From the NCBI GenBank assembly GCA_026225415.1, contig JAMFSS010000002.1:25915-89914 (forward strand): 64,000 nt of DNA. Reading direction: 5' to 3'. This DNA is from Alphaproteobacteria bacterium (GTDB taxonomy: Bacteria; Pseudomonadota; Alphaproteobacteria; UBA9219). Both the position numbers and the translations under genes were made by a program. This document shows, piece after piece, positions 29,405 through 38,886 of this stretch. The notes beneath the pieces were generated by a model, which saw only the letters and a list, made by a program, of their open reading frames with translations, did no database searches and was not told the DNA's origin. Within the stretch, counting starts at the first letter, position 1; each line of letters begins with the position of its first letter.

Positions 29405-29829
29405 CCCCCCTTTACCGTTTAAGCACAACCCTCTCCACGTCATGCCGGACTTGATCCGCGTGGAATAACATCTGCGTGAATAAGCTAGTTGCAGCTCCAC
29501 GCCATCGCCGCGCGTCCGCGCGGGAGATGACTCTTCTGACCAAAAATAATATGGCCATACCAGGCATCTACATATACTTATGCCCCCTTTATATCCCCAC
29601 ACCAAAAATTATGGTTAATTCCCCCCATTCCCCCCACATCTGGGAAAAACCACTAAAAACTTATGATGAAACTATTAATTACCTTTGAAGTTAACGCCGC
29701 GAATCTATACAAAACAGATGCCGATTATTTTATTTATTCATGATACGGCTCCGACGAAAAGAATTCGCCGTGGCATAGGAAAAATAAAATAATCCTGAAA
29801 CGTAAACTTAACTCATAAAACCGGAGAGA

Positions 29830-30933
29830 TTGAAAATGTCGAACTTTAAAACCGCCCTGACGCTCGCAGCCGCACCAGTCGCTCTGGCTTTTGCTTCTAC
29901 GGCAGCCCACGCTTGTAACTGTGACGCAAATGGCAATCCTTGGCCAACGGCACCTGCTGCATCAACGACCAACAATACCTATAACAACAACCAAAATAAT
30001 CCATACACAAGCTCAACTTCGCAAACGATCTCGAGCCAAGACCAAACACAACAAGCCATCTCGAACAGCAACTCGCAAGCAGGCGTCGCAAATAGCGGTA
30101 ACAACACATCGGAAGCCGGCGTTGCAAACAGCGGTAACAGCTCTTCCGAAGCAGGCGTTGCAAACAGTGGCAACAGCCAATCGCAATCGGGCGTAAGCAA
30201 CAGCGGCAACAGCAGCAGCAACGCCCAAGGCGGCGCAGGTGGCAGCAGCACATTGAAAGATGTCGGCAACGCCTCTTTGTCGAACAGCGGTAACAGCACC
30301 AACAAGCTGTCCAACACTCTTAGCAATAGCGGCAACAGCAGCAACACCAACAAGCTGACCGCAAATGGCGGCACCTCGTCGGTCGGCAACGTAACCGGCG
30401 GTACATCCAAAGCCACCGTTGGCAATGTCACGGGCGGCACTTCATCGGTTGGCACTGTTTCAACCGGCGCAAGCACATCGTCGTCCAACAACAATGGCGG
30501 TAACGTTACCTTTAACACGCCGCGCGTTGCCAATACGGCCATCGCTTCAACACCAAACGGCGCTTATGGCGTTTGCACGAATGTAAGCCGTGGTCTGGGC
30601 GCTCAGGTATTCATCTTTGGCGGCAGCCTCAGCGGCGGCTTGCACACAGACAAAGATTGCTTGGATCGTTTTCAATCTGGCCAAGCAAAAATCGCAGCCG
30701 TTGGCGCACGCGCCGATGTCACGATTGCTGAAATTGCCCGTCCCGAAGTTGGCGGTTGCTTTGCCACCAAGGCGGCTATCTTCCTGAACAGCGGCGTTTA
30801 TGACACCGCCGAAGAAGCCCGCAACGCAGCCAAGGCGGAATGTACGGCTTCGGGTCCTGTAGCCGCTGCTGCACCTCCTGCTCCAGCAGCTGTAGGTATT
30901 CAGGCATTGCCACAAAAGACGCCTGGCCTTTAA
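29830..30933 (+). CDS. secreted Ser/Asn/Thr-rich tandem-repeat protein with a Cys-containing C-terminal domain
   Basis: Signal peptide (MKMSNFKTALTLAAAPVALAFASTAAHA). At least four tandem 12-aa repeats (A/S)GVANSGN(N/S)xS(E/Q), and GNVTGGTS repeats. The C-terminal roughly 130 aa has 4 Cys. GGAGAG lies upstream of the start. Confidence 0.6.
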   Translation: MKMSNFKTALTLAAAPVALAFASTAAHACNCDANGNPWPTAPAASTTNNTYNNNQNNPYTSSTSQTISSQDQTQQAISNSNSQAGVANSGNNTSEAGVANSGNSSSEAGVANSGNSQSQSGVSNSGNSSSNAQGGAGGSSTLKDVGNASLSNSGNSTNKLSNTLSNSGNSSNTNKLTANGGTSSVGNVTGGTSKATVGNVTGGTSSVGTVSTGASTSSSNNNGGNVTFNTPRVANTAIASTPNGAYGVCTNVSRGLGAQVFIFGGSLSGGLHTDKDCLDRFQSGQAKIAAVGARADVTIAEIARPEVGGCFATKAAIFLNSGVYDTAEEARNAAKAECTASGPVAAAAPPAPAAVGIQALPQKTPGL

Positions 30934-31023
30934 TTAAGAAACCACGGAAGGGGTGGGTAATTTCCGCCCCTTCTAACGGTTGCTTAATGCTTTGATATTA
31001 TAATTCAATTTTTCAGAAAGCGT

Positions 31024-34000
31024 ATGTCGATGAACGCACGTTCTTTATCAGGAGCCTTGGCCGCTGTCCTCGTTGGTACCGCATCCTTCGGCGCGCAAGC
31101 TGAAATTGCCAAAACCCCCGCGCCCGCGCTTGTGGCCGCCAGCGCCGCATCGAACGATGTCGATTACGCGACAATGGTTGCCAAAGCTTATGGCGACACG
31201 ACCTATATCGTTCTCGATAAAAAAGATGCTCAGATTTATCTGTTCAATAACGGCAAAATGGTTTTGTCGGCACCCGCGTTGACCGGCGCTTCGACAGAAG
31301 ACCAGATATATGCTGATACCTATTACAAACCGCTTAAAGACATTACAGCCAAAGACAGTGTAACACCCGCTGGCCGCTATACGCTCAGCTATAGCCCCGC
31401 TAACCCAAAAAACAACCTTGGCCAAACACTCGATATCAATCAAGTATATGGTCTGGATTGGAAAATATCCATTCACGGCGTTTGGCTGGGCAACCCCGCG
31501 GAACATCGCGCCGAAAGATTGGCTTCGCATGATGCTGATCAATCCCATATCAGCCACATGTGCATCAATGTTTCCAAAGCAACATTGAACAATATTCTGG
31601 CGGTTGTCGGCCACACGCAGGCAACCCCCATTTATATTCTGCCTGAAAATCGCAGCATGACGCAAAGCTATATATATGCGCCTGCGGCGTCTTATGTTGC
31701 GCCAGTTGCAATCGCCAATCCAGCCTTGGCAGGCAAACAATCCATGGATTTTGTAACACCAACAACACGCACTGCAAAACCAAACTCTTCCCAAATCGCC
31801 GCGGAAATCGCCGCCGAACCTTTAAACGTCGCCGTCAGCGAACTGCAAAGCTACGCCAAAGTCATCCGCGCCGCCGCTTCGCACAACGACCTGTCTAACA
31901 TCGACCGCGTCGCCACGCTGAACTTCCGCGACAATCTGTATAGCGCGTATGCCTCGCGTAAAGACGCAACCGATCTTGACGGCGACGCCGCATGGGTTCT
32001 GAACCACGCGCAACAAATCGATCCAAAACTCACTTATGACTTCACCGACCTGAACACAGACGCAACCGTCACCGCACCGAAAGCGGCTCCAGCGGTTGCC
32101 CCCGTTACAATGCCTGCAAACCCGACCAGCAACATTGTTGTCGATTGGTCGAAAGTCAAAATCGGCGCACCAATGACAGCGAACAGCCCAATCGTTATCG
32201 ACTGGGCAAAGGTCAAGACCGCGCCACAAACAACCGCAACGACAATTGCCAAACCATCCGCGCCCGTGGCCTCACCTGTCATCGCTTATGACACAACGGG
32301 CTTTAACAACGCTCCCCTCACAACGTCGCATACGGCACCAACGGCAGTTGCCCAGACACCAAAAACCACACCCGGCAATTTCAAAAATCTTTTTGTTGCT
32401 ATGGGCACGAACGCGCCTGTGAAACAAACCGTTGCCAACTCTTTTGGCCCTTATGAAACACCGGCTCCTATCCCCGCGCCTGCCGCAGTTGTGGCTGTGC
32501 CTGTGGCAACCCCTGCGCCTAAAAAACTGGTCGCCGCCCCCATCGTCACCAACGAAGCAGACGACAACACAACCGAAGACACCAACGCAAACGCACAGCA
32601 AATCGCCCTAGTAAATCTGGCTGATAAAGAAGCCAAGATCGCCGGTACATTCGCCGCCAAAGCGAAACAAGATGCCGACACAGCCCAAAAATTCGCTTCG
32701 CAAGCCGTGAATGAAGCCAACATCGCCCAAATGGCCGCCGCGCATGACCGCGCAGTAGCCGCCGATATGCAAAATGTAACCATACAGCGCGAAGAAGCCG
32801 GTTTGGTTCTTTTCCCAATCCTCGCTTTTGCCGCGCTTGCAGGTGCCGCCGCCTTGATTAGCAACCGCCGCCGTAACACGCCAAGCAGCAATGTGGAAGT
32901 CACCAACAATGAAGATGGCAGCCAAACAACAAAATATGAAAGAAACCAACCACCCGTTGGCGAAGAAACTACCGTGGCATCAGAAACCGCTATGGATCCA
33001 TCGGCTGCAGATTTGCACCCGGAAGCCATCGCCGCTTTGAAAAATCCTATCATCGCCGCAACTGCAGGCGGAACACATGGCTTTGCTGCTATGCCGCACT
33101 TCATGAAAGAATGGTTTGCGAAAAACAAACCCGCGCTTGATCTGGCAGATTTTCCGGAAGTAAAAGACGACAATCATGCCGCCACTGGCGTTATGGGCGT
33201 GGCTGGCCTTGCTGTTATCGGATTGGCCGCTTCACATCATGCGGTTTCCTCTGCATCGCATATGGGGTTGATGTCTGTCGGCGCTTTTGGCGCCTTCCTT
33301 TCCGTGGCACTCAACCCGTTTGCTGCCAAGCAATGGACGGCACCTGTATTCCACGAAGAACGATTTGTGCCATACGGCCATATCAATCGCTTTAAGAACT
33401 CTTCACAGCCAGAAATTTTTGTCGCAAGAGATTATGGCAAATACAGAGGCTTATCATTTCAAGCCCAAGGCGAGTTGGAGAGAATGCTCAACGCCAACCC
33501 ATCAAAAAATATCGCTGCGCTGGCAAATGATATGTGGGGCAAGATAATCAAGGCCGACTGGAAAGCCGCCGCAACCGAAATGGGCGTCAGCATGGCTGTC
33601 GGCGCAGTCGTCAAAGTCACGCTCGGCACCGCTGCTGTCGCTCTTGTCGGCGCGCCGTTTGGTGCCGCAATTGCTTTGGGTGCTGTCTCTGCCGTTGGCG
33701 CGCGTCTTGTTACCAACGCTCTGCGCAACCGCAACCGCGCCGAAGAAGACAAAATCACAATGACAGCCAAAGACTTTGTTAAGTCTGCGGCCATCGGCGC
33801 CCTGTTCGGCGGTATCGGTTATGGCATCATGAACCATTTCTCTCATACTGCCGCTGCTGCACCAACACATCAAGCCCCTGTGCATCATAACGCACCTGCC
33901 GCTGCTTCGGCTCCTGCGCAACCGCATGTCACAAATGTTGCTGGCCACCAATTCGCCGACAGCGCCCTGCCACAAAACTTCGCGCAAATGACCACGCATC

Positions 34001-34197
34001 AACAAATGCAAAGTCTGACCGAAGCCGGCACCAAACTGGCGCACACAGGCAATTTTGAAGCGGCCAAGAACTTCTTTGGCGCGGCGCATGAAGTCGGCGT
34101 GAACAAGGGCATTTCGGCCACATCCTATTGGGCGCAACGTTCGGCCAAGGATTTGGCCTTCGTGACCAGCAAGCTTGCGTCGCTTAAGGCAGGCTAA
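31024..34197 (+). CDS. large (1057 aa) membrane-anchored protein with an N-terminal L,D-transpeptidase-like (YkuD-fold) domain and a long Ala/Pro/Thr-rich linker
   Basis: Signal peptide. …YIVLDKKDAQIYLFNNGKMVLSAPALTGAS…IHG…SHMCINV… resembles the LDT beta-strand, IHG and (S)HxC catalytic motif. It has duplicated (V)(I/V)DW(S/A)KVK…AP segments, a TM helix near residue 600, and C-terminal glycine-zipper helices. Confidence 0.55.
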   Translation: MSMNARSLSGALAAVLVGTASFGAQAEIAKTPAPALVAASAASNDVDYATMVAKAYGDTTYIVLDKKDAQIYLFNNGKMVLSAPALTGASTEDQIYADTYYKPLKDITAKDSVTPAGRYTLSYSPANPKNNLGQTLDINQVYGLDWKISIHGVWLGNPAEHRAERLASHDADQSHISHMCINVSKATLNNILAVVGHTQATPIYILPENRSMTQSYIYAPAASYVAPVAIANPALAGKQSMDFVTPTTRTAKPNSSQIAAEIAAEPLNVAVSELQSYAKVIRAAASHNDLSNIDRVATLNFRDNLYSAYASRKDATDLDGDAAWVLNHAQQIDPKLTYDFTDLNTDATVTAPKAAPAVAPVTMPANPTSNIVVDWSKVKIGAPMTANSPIVIDWAKVKTAPQTTATTIAKPSAPVASPVIAYDTTGFNNAPLTTSHTAPTAVAQTPKTTPGNFKNLFVAMGTNAPVKQTVANSFGPYETPAPIPAPAAVVAVPVATPAPKKLVAAPIVTNEADDNTTEDTNANAQQIALVNLADKEAKIAGTFAAKAKQDADTAQKFASQAVNEANIAQMAAAHDRAVAADMQNVTIQREEAGLVLFPILAFAALAGAAALISNRRRNTPSSNVEVTNNEDGSQTTKYERNQPPVGEETTVASETAMDPSAADLHPEAIAALKNPIIAATAGGTHGFAAMPHFMKEWFAKNKPALDLADFPEVKDDNHAATGVMGVAGLAVIGLAASHHAVSSASHMGLMSVGAFGAFLSVALNPFAAKQWTAPVFHEERFVPYGHINRFKNSSQPEIFVARDYGKYRGLSFQAQGELERMLNANPSKNIAALANDMWGKIIKADWKAAATEMGVSMAVGAVVKVTLGTAAVALVGAPFGAAIALGAVSAVGARLVTNALRNRNRAEEDKITMTAKDFVKSAAIGALFGGIGYGIMNHFSHTAAAAPTHQAPVHHNAPAAASAPAQPHVTNVAGHQFADSALPQNFAQMTTHQQMQSLTEAGTKLAHTGNFEAAKNFFGAAHEVGVNKGISATSYWAQRSAKDLAFVTSKLASLKAG

Positions 34198-34200
34198 CCC

Positions 34201-34689
34201 CTACCGGTTCTTCTCGCGCATAATCCGCGCCTTGTCGCGTTTCCAATCGCGGTCTTTGATGGCTTCGCGCTTGTCCTGTTTCTGCTTGCCCTTGGCCAAA
34301 CCCAATTCAATCTTGGCAATGCCGCGCTTGTTGAAATAAATGCCTAACGGCACCAAAGTCGCGCCTTCGCGTTTCACCGCGCCCAACAATTTATCAATCT
34401 GCCTTTTATGCAGTAACAATTGCCGCGGTCGCCGCGTTTCATGCTGTAAATGCGCGCCCGCCTGATTATATTCGGGGATATAACAATTGATCAGAAAAAT
34501 GCCGCCCTCTTTCGGAATGGCAAAAGATTCCTGAATGCTCGCCTGACCGGTGCGCAAAGATTTCACCTCGGTGCCGGACAGGATGATTCCCGCCTCGACC
34601 GTGTCGGTAATGGTGAAATCATGCCTCGCCTTCCGGTTGAGAGAGACATATTTCTGCGCCAATGCGCGTTCTTCGGCCTTTGTTGTCAT
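34201..34689 (-). CDS. smpB: SsrA-binding protein
   Basis: 162 aa with …[29 protein letters not shown]… and a basic C-terminal tail. Confidence 0.85.
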   Translation of the reverse strand: MTTKAEERALAQKYVSLNRKARHDFTITDTVEAGIILSGTEVKSLRTGQASIQESFAIPKEGGIFLINCYIPEYNQAGAHLQHETRRPRQLLLHKRQIDKLLGAVKREGATLVPLGIYFNKRGIAKIELGLAKGKQKQDKREAIKDRDWKRDKARIMREKNR

Positions 34690-34749
34690 GCGGGCAATTT
34701 AACCGACACAAGGGTTTGCGTCTACGCATGAATCTGATAGCAAGAGGGT

Positions 34750-36693
34750 ATGTTTCGCCCCGCCCTTATCCTCCTCTTGTTGCTTTTCACCCTGCCCGCC
34801 TTCGCCAAACAGGCAAAGGTCGAAAGCCAGGCCGCCTATTATCACCGCGCCTTTACCGCAGTGGCCGATAACAACGCCGCACAGGTCGAAAGCTTTGCCC
34901 AACATGGCGGTGACCCCGTCCTTAACAAAGTGCTGCGCGGCTATGCCATGGCCTTGCCCGGTAATGATTACAGCTTTGAAGAACTCAACGGCTTTATCGC
35001 CAACAACCCCGCATGGCCGGGTCTGCGCGGCATCCAGATGATCGCCGAACAAAAACTGCCCGGCGCGGCGCCGCCCGCGCAAATCGCCGCGTGGTTCAAA
35101 GCCCGCCCGCCTATCAGCCTTGCCGGATTTTACCGTTCGATCGACGCGCTTAATCAAACCGGCCAAACGCAGGCCGCACAAGACGCCATCACCGCCCGCT
35201 GGATCAATAATGATTTTTCGGGCGACGAACAAACATCATACTATTCCCGTTTCAGCAACTTGCTTGATAACGACGCGATGTGGTCGCGCATGGACAGGCT
35301 GTTATGGAAAAACGACATAGCCGAAGCCGAACGTATGATGCCCTATGTTAATGCCTCTGACAAAGCAGTGGCCGAAGCCCGCCTCGCCTTCGCCTCGCAA
35401 AGCGGCAACGCCGAAAATATCATGATGCGAGTTCCCAGCGATGCGCGGGACGACAGTGGATTATTATACCAACGCCTGCGCTGGCGCGTGAAAAACAACC
35501 GTGATGACGAAGCCGATGACATCTTGCTTCACGCGCCATCCGATCTGGGCGACGGCGAAGCGTGGTGGGATCAACGGCAAATTATGGTGCGCCGCGCGAT
35601 CGCCCAACGTGATTACAATTTGGCCTATCGCCTTGCCGCCAATCACGGCCAGACAAAATCCAAAACTTTGACGCAAGGCGAATTTCTGGCGGGCTGGCTT
35701 GCGCTGCGTTTCCTCGACAGGCCGGATGATGCCCGCCAACATTTCCAATCATTGTATGACAATGCCACAACGCCCGTTACCCGCGCGCGCGGCGCCTATT
35801 GGCTGGGGCGTTGCTACGAAGTGCTGGGCGACAAAGCCTCCGCCGAACAATCTTATGAAGACGCGGCTGTGTTCAACACCACATTTTATGGACAGCTTGC
35901 CACCACGCGTCTTTATGCCGCGCCCGTGTTAACGGCCAAAAACGATCCGCCCCTGCCCGCCAATATCCGCAATGCCTTTATGGCGCGGGATAATATCCGC
36001 GCGATTTTACGGCTTAACGAAATCGGCGAACGCGACCGCGCCCAAACATTTTTCCACGCCGCCTCCGAAGCCGCCGCGCAACGCGCCGAATTTATCATGC
36101 TGGCCGAAACCGCCACACGCATTGGACGCCCCGATCTGGGCATTTCGGCGGTCAAAGCCGCCAACCAAAAAAACATGATTGTCGAAAACGGCGCCTTCCC
36201 CGTCCTTACCATCCACGCGCCCTCACCGCCCGAACCCGCCTTCACCCACGCGCTTATCCGGCAGGAAAGCATGTTCAATGTTGGCGCATCCAGCGGGGTC
36301 GGCGCGCGCGGCCTGATGCAATTGATGCCCGGAACCGCCCGCGATACCGCCCGCAAGGAAGGTATGCGCTACAGCGAAAGCGCATTGAACGATCCCGCAT
36401 ATAATCTGAAACTCGGCACATCCTTTGTTCAGGAACAAATCGACCATTTCAACGGCTCCTACATCCTCGCGCTGGCGGGATATAACGCCGGCCCCGGGCG
36501 CGTGCGCGAATGGATCAACCAATATGGCGACCCCCGCACCGGCGATATCGACCCCATCGACTGGATCGAATTGATCCCGATACAGGAAACCCGGAACTAT
36601 GTTCAACGCATCATCGAAAGCCTGCAAATGTACCGCGCCAAGCTCGCGGGTGGACAGTCAAATCTGTTAATTATCAATGATTTAAAGAGATAA
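34750..36693 (+). CDS. slt: soluble lytic murein transglycosylase (Slt70-like)
   Basis: Signal peptide, a superhelical N-terminal region, and a C-terminal SLT domain (ESMFNVGASSGVGARGLMQLMPGTA…GYNAGPGRV). Confidence 0.8.
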   Translation: MFRPALILLLLLFTLPAFAKQAKVESQAAYYHRAFTAVADNNAAQVESFAQHGGDPVLNKVLRGYAMALPGNDYSFEELNGFIANNPAWPGLRGIQMIAEQKLPGAAPPAQIAAWFKARPPISLAGFYRSIDALNQTGQTQAAQDAITARWINNDFSGDEQTSYYSRFSNLLDNDAMWSRMDRLLWKNDIAEAERMMPYVNASDKAVAEARLAFASQSGNAENIMMRVPSDARDDSGLLYQRLRWRVKNNRDDEADDILLHAPSDLGDGEAWWDQRQIMVRRAIAQRDYNLAYRLAANHGQTKSKTLTQGEFLAGWLALRFLDRPDDARQHFQSLYDNATTPVTRARGAYWLGRCYEVLGDKASAEQSYEDAAVFNTTFYGQLATTRLYAAPVLTAKNDPPLPANIRNAFMARDNIRAILRLNEIGERDRAQTFFHAASEAAAQRAEFIMLAETATRIGRPDLGISAVKAANQKNMIVENGAFPVLTIHAPSPPEPAFTHALIRQESMFNVGASSGVGARGLMQLMPGTARDTARKEGMRYSESALNDPAYNLKLGTSFVQEQIDHFNGSYILALAGYNAGPGRVREWINQYGDPRTGDIDPIDWIELIPIQETRNYVQRIIESLQMYRAKLAGGQSNLLIINDLKR

Positions 36694-36760
36694 CTTAAGG
36701 CACCTAGCCTTTGCCGTTTAGATTTGCTAACCTGCGGCCATTCCCAAAGCAGGAGCTTTC

Positions 36761-37084
36761 ATGCCTCAAGAATGGATATATCTTTTAACCGCGACCATCT
36801 GTATGTGCGCGGGCGTTTCTGTCTTTGTCGCTGTCGTCTGGCTGCGCAAACTTCGTGAAACGGTTGCCTCGGCGCTCAGCGAAGCGGCGGGTCAGCAAAT
36901 TAAAACGGCGCAACGCATGGGCGAGTCGATAGCCCAGCTGCAGAAACAGCAAGACGGCTACACGCACCAAATCAATGTTCTGGCGCAGGCGGGCATCCGT
37001 TTGCAGCAAGAGCTGTCAAGCGTCAGCAACCGCCTTGAAAACGCGCAGGTCGAAAGCCCGCGCGGCACCAACACGCTGCATTAA
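36761..37084 (+). CDS. hypothetical single-pass membrane protein (107 aa) with a coiled-coil-like C-terminal part
   Basis: One N-terminal TM helix. Convergent with popZ. Confidence 0.4.
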   Translation: MPQEWIYLLTATICMCAGVSVFVAVVWLRKLRETVASALSEAAGQQIKTAQRMGESIAQLQKQQDGYTHQINVLAQAGIRLQQELSSVSNRLENAQVESPRGTNTLH

Positions 37085-37140
37085 TCCCGTATCTGGGATC
37101 CAGCTTTTTATCTTTATACACAAGAAAGTTGAGAATGGAT

Positions 37141-37234
37141 TTTCTCTCCCCTTGGGGGAGGAAGCAAAAAACTTAGGCTTACGCTCTTGAGGCGTAAGTC
37201 TTAGTTTTTGCAGGTGAGGGGTAACGCAATACGA
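37141..37234. repeat. intergenic hairpin repeat, copy 4
   Basis: CTCTCCCCTTGGGGGAGGAAGCAAAAAACTTAGGCTTACGC-TCTTGA-GGCGTAAGTCTTAGTTTTTGCAGGTGAGGGGTAAC. It lies between the convergent 107-aa gene and popZ. Confidence 0.7.
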
Positions 37235-37244
37235 GCGGAAGAAA

Positions 37245-37799
37245 TCACGACCGACGCGCAATGCGCTCGATTTCCTTCTGAACCAGCTTCTCGACAATGG
37301 ATGTTAAATTCTGATCCATCCATTCTTTCAACAATGGCCGCATCAATTCCAACGCCATATCTTCCAATGTGCGATGGCCATTGCCAATCATTGTGGCCGT
37401 GACAGGCGAGGATGAAAGCCGTTCAATCTCGACCGTGTTGGCCAGGGATGACAATTTCGATGAAGCCTTGCTGGCGACAGCGTCCGAAACCAAAGCTTCG
37501 CCGGAAATAACCGGCGCGGCCACAGGTGCCGCTACGGGCATAGGCGCAGGCTCGACAGCCGCAATATCGGTAACGCTGCCATCTTCTTCGACCATTTGCG
37601 TAAGCTCCAAAACATCTTCGGCGGGGGCTGGCTCGGGGGCGCTGGCTATCGGTTCTGGTGCCACAGACGCGGCTTCGGGTTCGGCTGCCACAACTGCCGC
37701 TTCTTCCTCTGGCTTCTCGTCCGAAATAATCTTGCGGATCGAAGCAAGGATCTCCTCCATCGAGGGATCGGCGGCGGCAGCCTGAGTTTCTTCAGCCAT
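37245..37799 (-). CDS. popZ: polar organizing protein PopZ
   Basis: N-terminal …MEEILASIRKIISDE…, a Pro/Ala/Glu-rich acidic middle, and a conserved C-terminal …LMRPLLKEWMDQNLTSIVEKLVQKEIERIARR. All three match the PopZ (DUF2497) architecture. Confidence 0.8.
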   Translation of the reverse strand: MAEETQAAAADPSMEEILASIRKIISDEKPEEEAAVVAAEPEAASVAPEPIASAPEPAPAEDVLELTQMVEEDGSVTDIAAVEPAPMPVAAPVAAPVISGEALVSDAVASKASSKLSSLANTVEIERLSSSPVTATMIGNGHRTLEDMALELMRPLLKEWMDQNLTSIVEKLVQKEIERIARRS

Positions 37800-38003
37800 T
37801 TGTTTCTCTCAAACTTTTGTTTTCTCAAACTTTTGTTTTTTCAAACCGGGACAGGTCGAATCATCGGAACTTATAACCGTTAAAGTCTATCGGTTTTTCA
37901 CAGCCTTGCAACTATATAAGACTGGAATAAGACCAAATCTGTCATGTGATATTCCTTCCCCCCTTGATGGCGCGGAGTCCCAATTGCTGAAGAAATTGCA
38001 CGT

Positions 38004-38068
38004 GCAGTTCCGCGGGAAGCAAAAACTTAGGCTTGCCCTTCTTGGCAAGTCTTAGTTTTTGCAGGTGG
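38004..38068. repeat. intergenic hairpin repeat, copy 5
   Basis: Palindrome TTCCGCGGGAA, then GCAAAAACTTAGGCTTGCC-CTTCTT-GGCAAGTCTTAGTTTTTGCAGGTGGGGGG. It lies between the pcm stop and the popZ promoter. Confidence 0.65.
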
Positions 38069-38086
38069 GGGGCGTCTTCAAGTATC

Positions 38087-38806
38087 CTAAAACTCAAACC
38101 CAACCGGCCCCACAAACCCCGGCGCGGGCGCAACTGCCGCATCAAACAACGAAACCCACGCAATCTCGCCTTTGGTCTTGCGGTAAAGTCGCGCCTGCCC
38201 CGTATGGGCAAATCGTGCCGCATCATGGCCGCGCATCACGGCAACCAAACGCCCGCCTTCGGCCAGCTGGCTAAACAAAATCTCCGGCAAAAATTCAACG
38301 CTGCCATTCACCAAAATCGCGTCAAACGGCGCATCCACGCCGCACCCTTCCACAGGCGCACCGGCGCGAATAGTTGCCTTGCCCCCGGCATATTTTGCCA
38401 TATTGCCTTCGGCTTCCTGCAACAACAACGAATCCGGCTCCACCCCAACAACCTTATCGGCCAAACCCGCCAGAACCAATGTCGAATATCCGGTGGCGCA
38501 AGCCAGATCCAACACGCGGTCGGTCGGTTTGATATCCAACGCCTGAATCAATTTTGCCAAAACCATCGGCTGCATCAAAGACCGGCCGGATATCAGCGGG
38601 ATATTTTCATCCAGATAGGCAACACCAACCAAGGTGGAAGGCACAAAAACTTCGCGCGGTGCGGCGGCAAGGGCGGCGATCAATCGAGGCTCCTTCACAC
38701 CATTGGGGCGCAACTGGCTCTCAACCATATTGGCACGCGCAACGCTGTAATCAGGGCTGGGTGTTTGGATTTGGGCGGCAGAGGAAGCGGGCATAATAAA
38801 CCTCAA
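38087..38806 (-). CDS. pcm: protein-L-isoaspartate O-methyltransferase
   Basis: SAM motif I VLDLACATGYSTLVLA, with PIMT-family length and layout. Confidence 0.7.
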   Translation of the reverse strand: MRFIMPASSAAQIQTPSPDYSVARANMVESQLRPNGVKEPRLIAALAAAPREVFVPSTLVGVAYLDENIPLISGRSLMQPMVLAKLIQALDIKPTDRVLDLACATGYSTLVLAGLADKVVGVEPDSLLLQEAEGNMAKYAGGKATIRAGAPVEGCGVDAPFDAILVNGSVEFLPEILFSQLAEGGRLVAVMRGHDAARFAHTGQARLYRKTKGEIAWVSLFDAAVAPAPGFVGPVGFEF

Positions 38807-38886
38807 GATAATGTGGTTAATACCCTATACGCGCTTGACCTCGGCATCTCAAGAACCTAATCTCCCCCGACTTCCAAGATTGGAAT

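Noticed and set aside
31048-33173. 248-aa and 240-aa minus-strand ORFs (31048..31794, 32451..33173)
   Set aside because: Both are antisense shadows of the 1057-aa gene, whose Ala/Pro-rich coding sequence gives open reverse frames.
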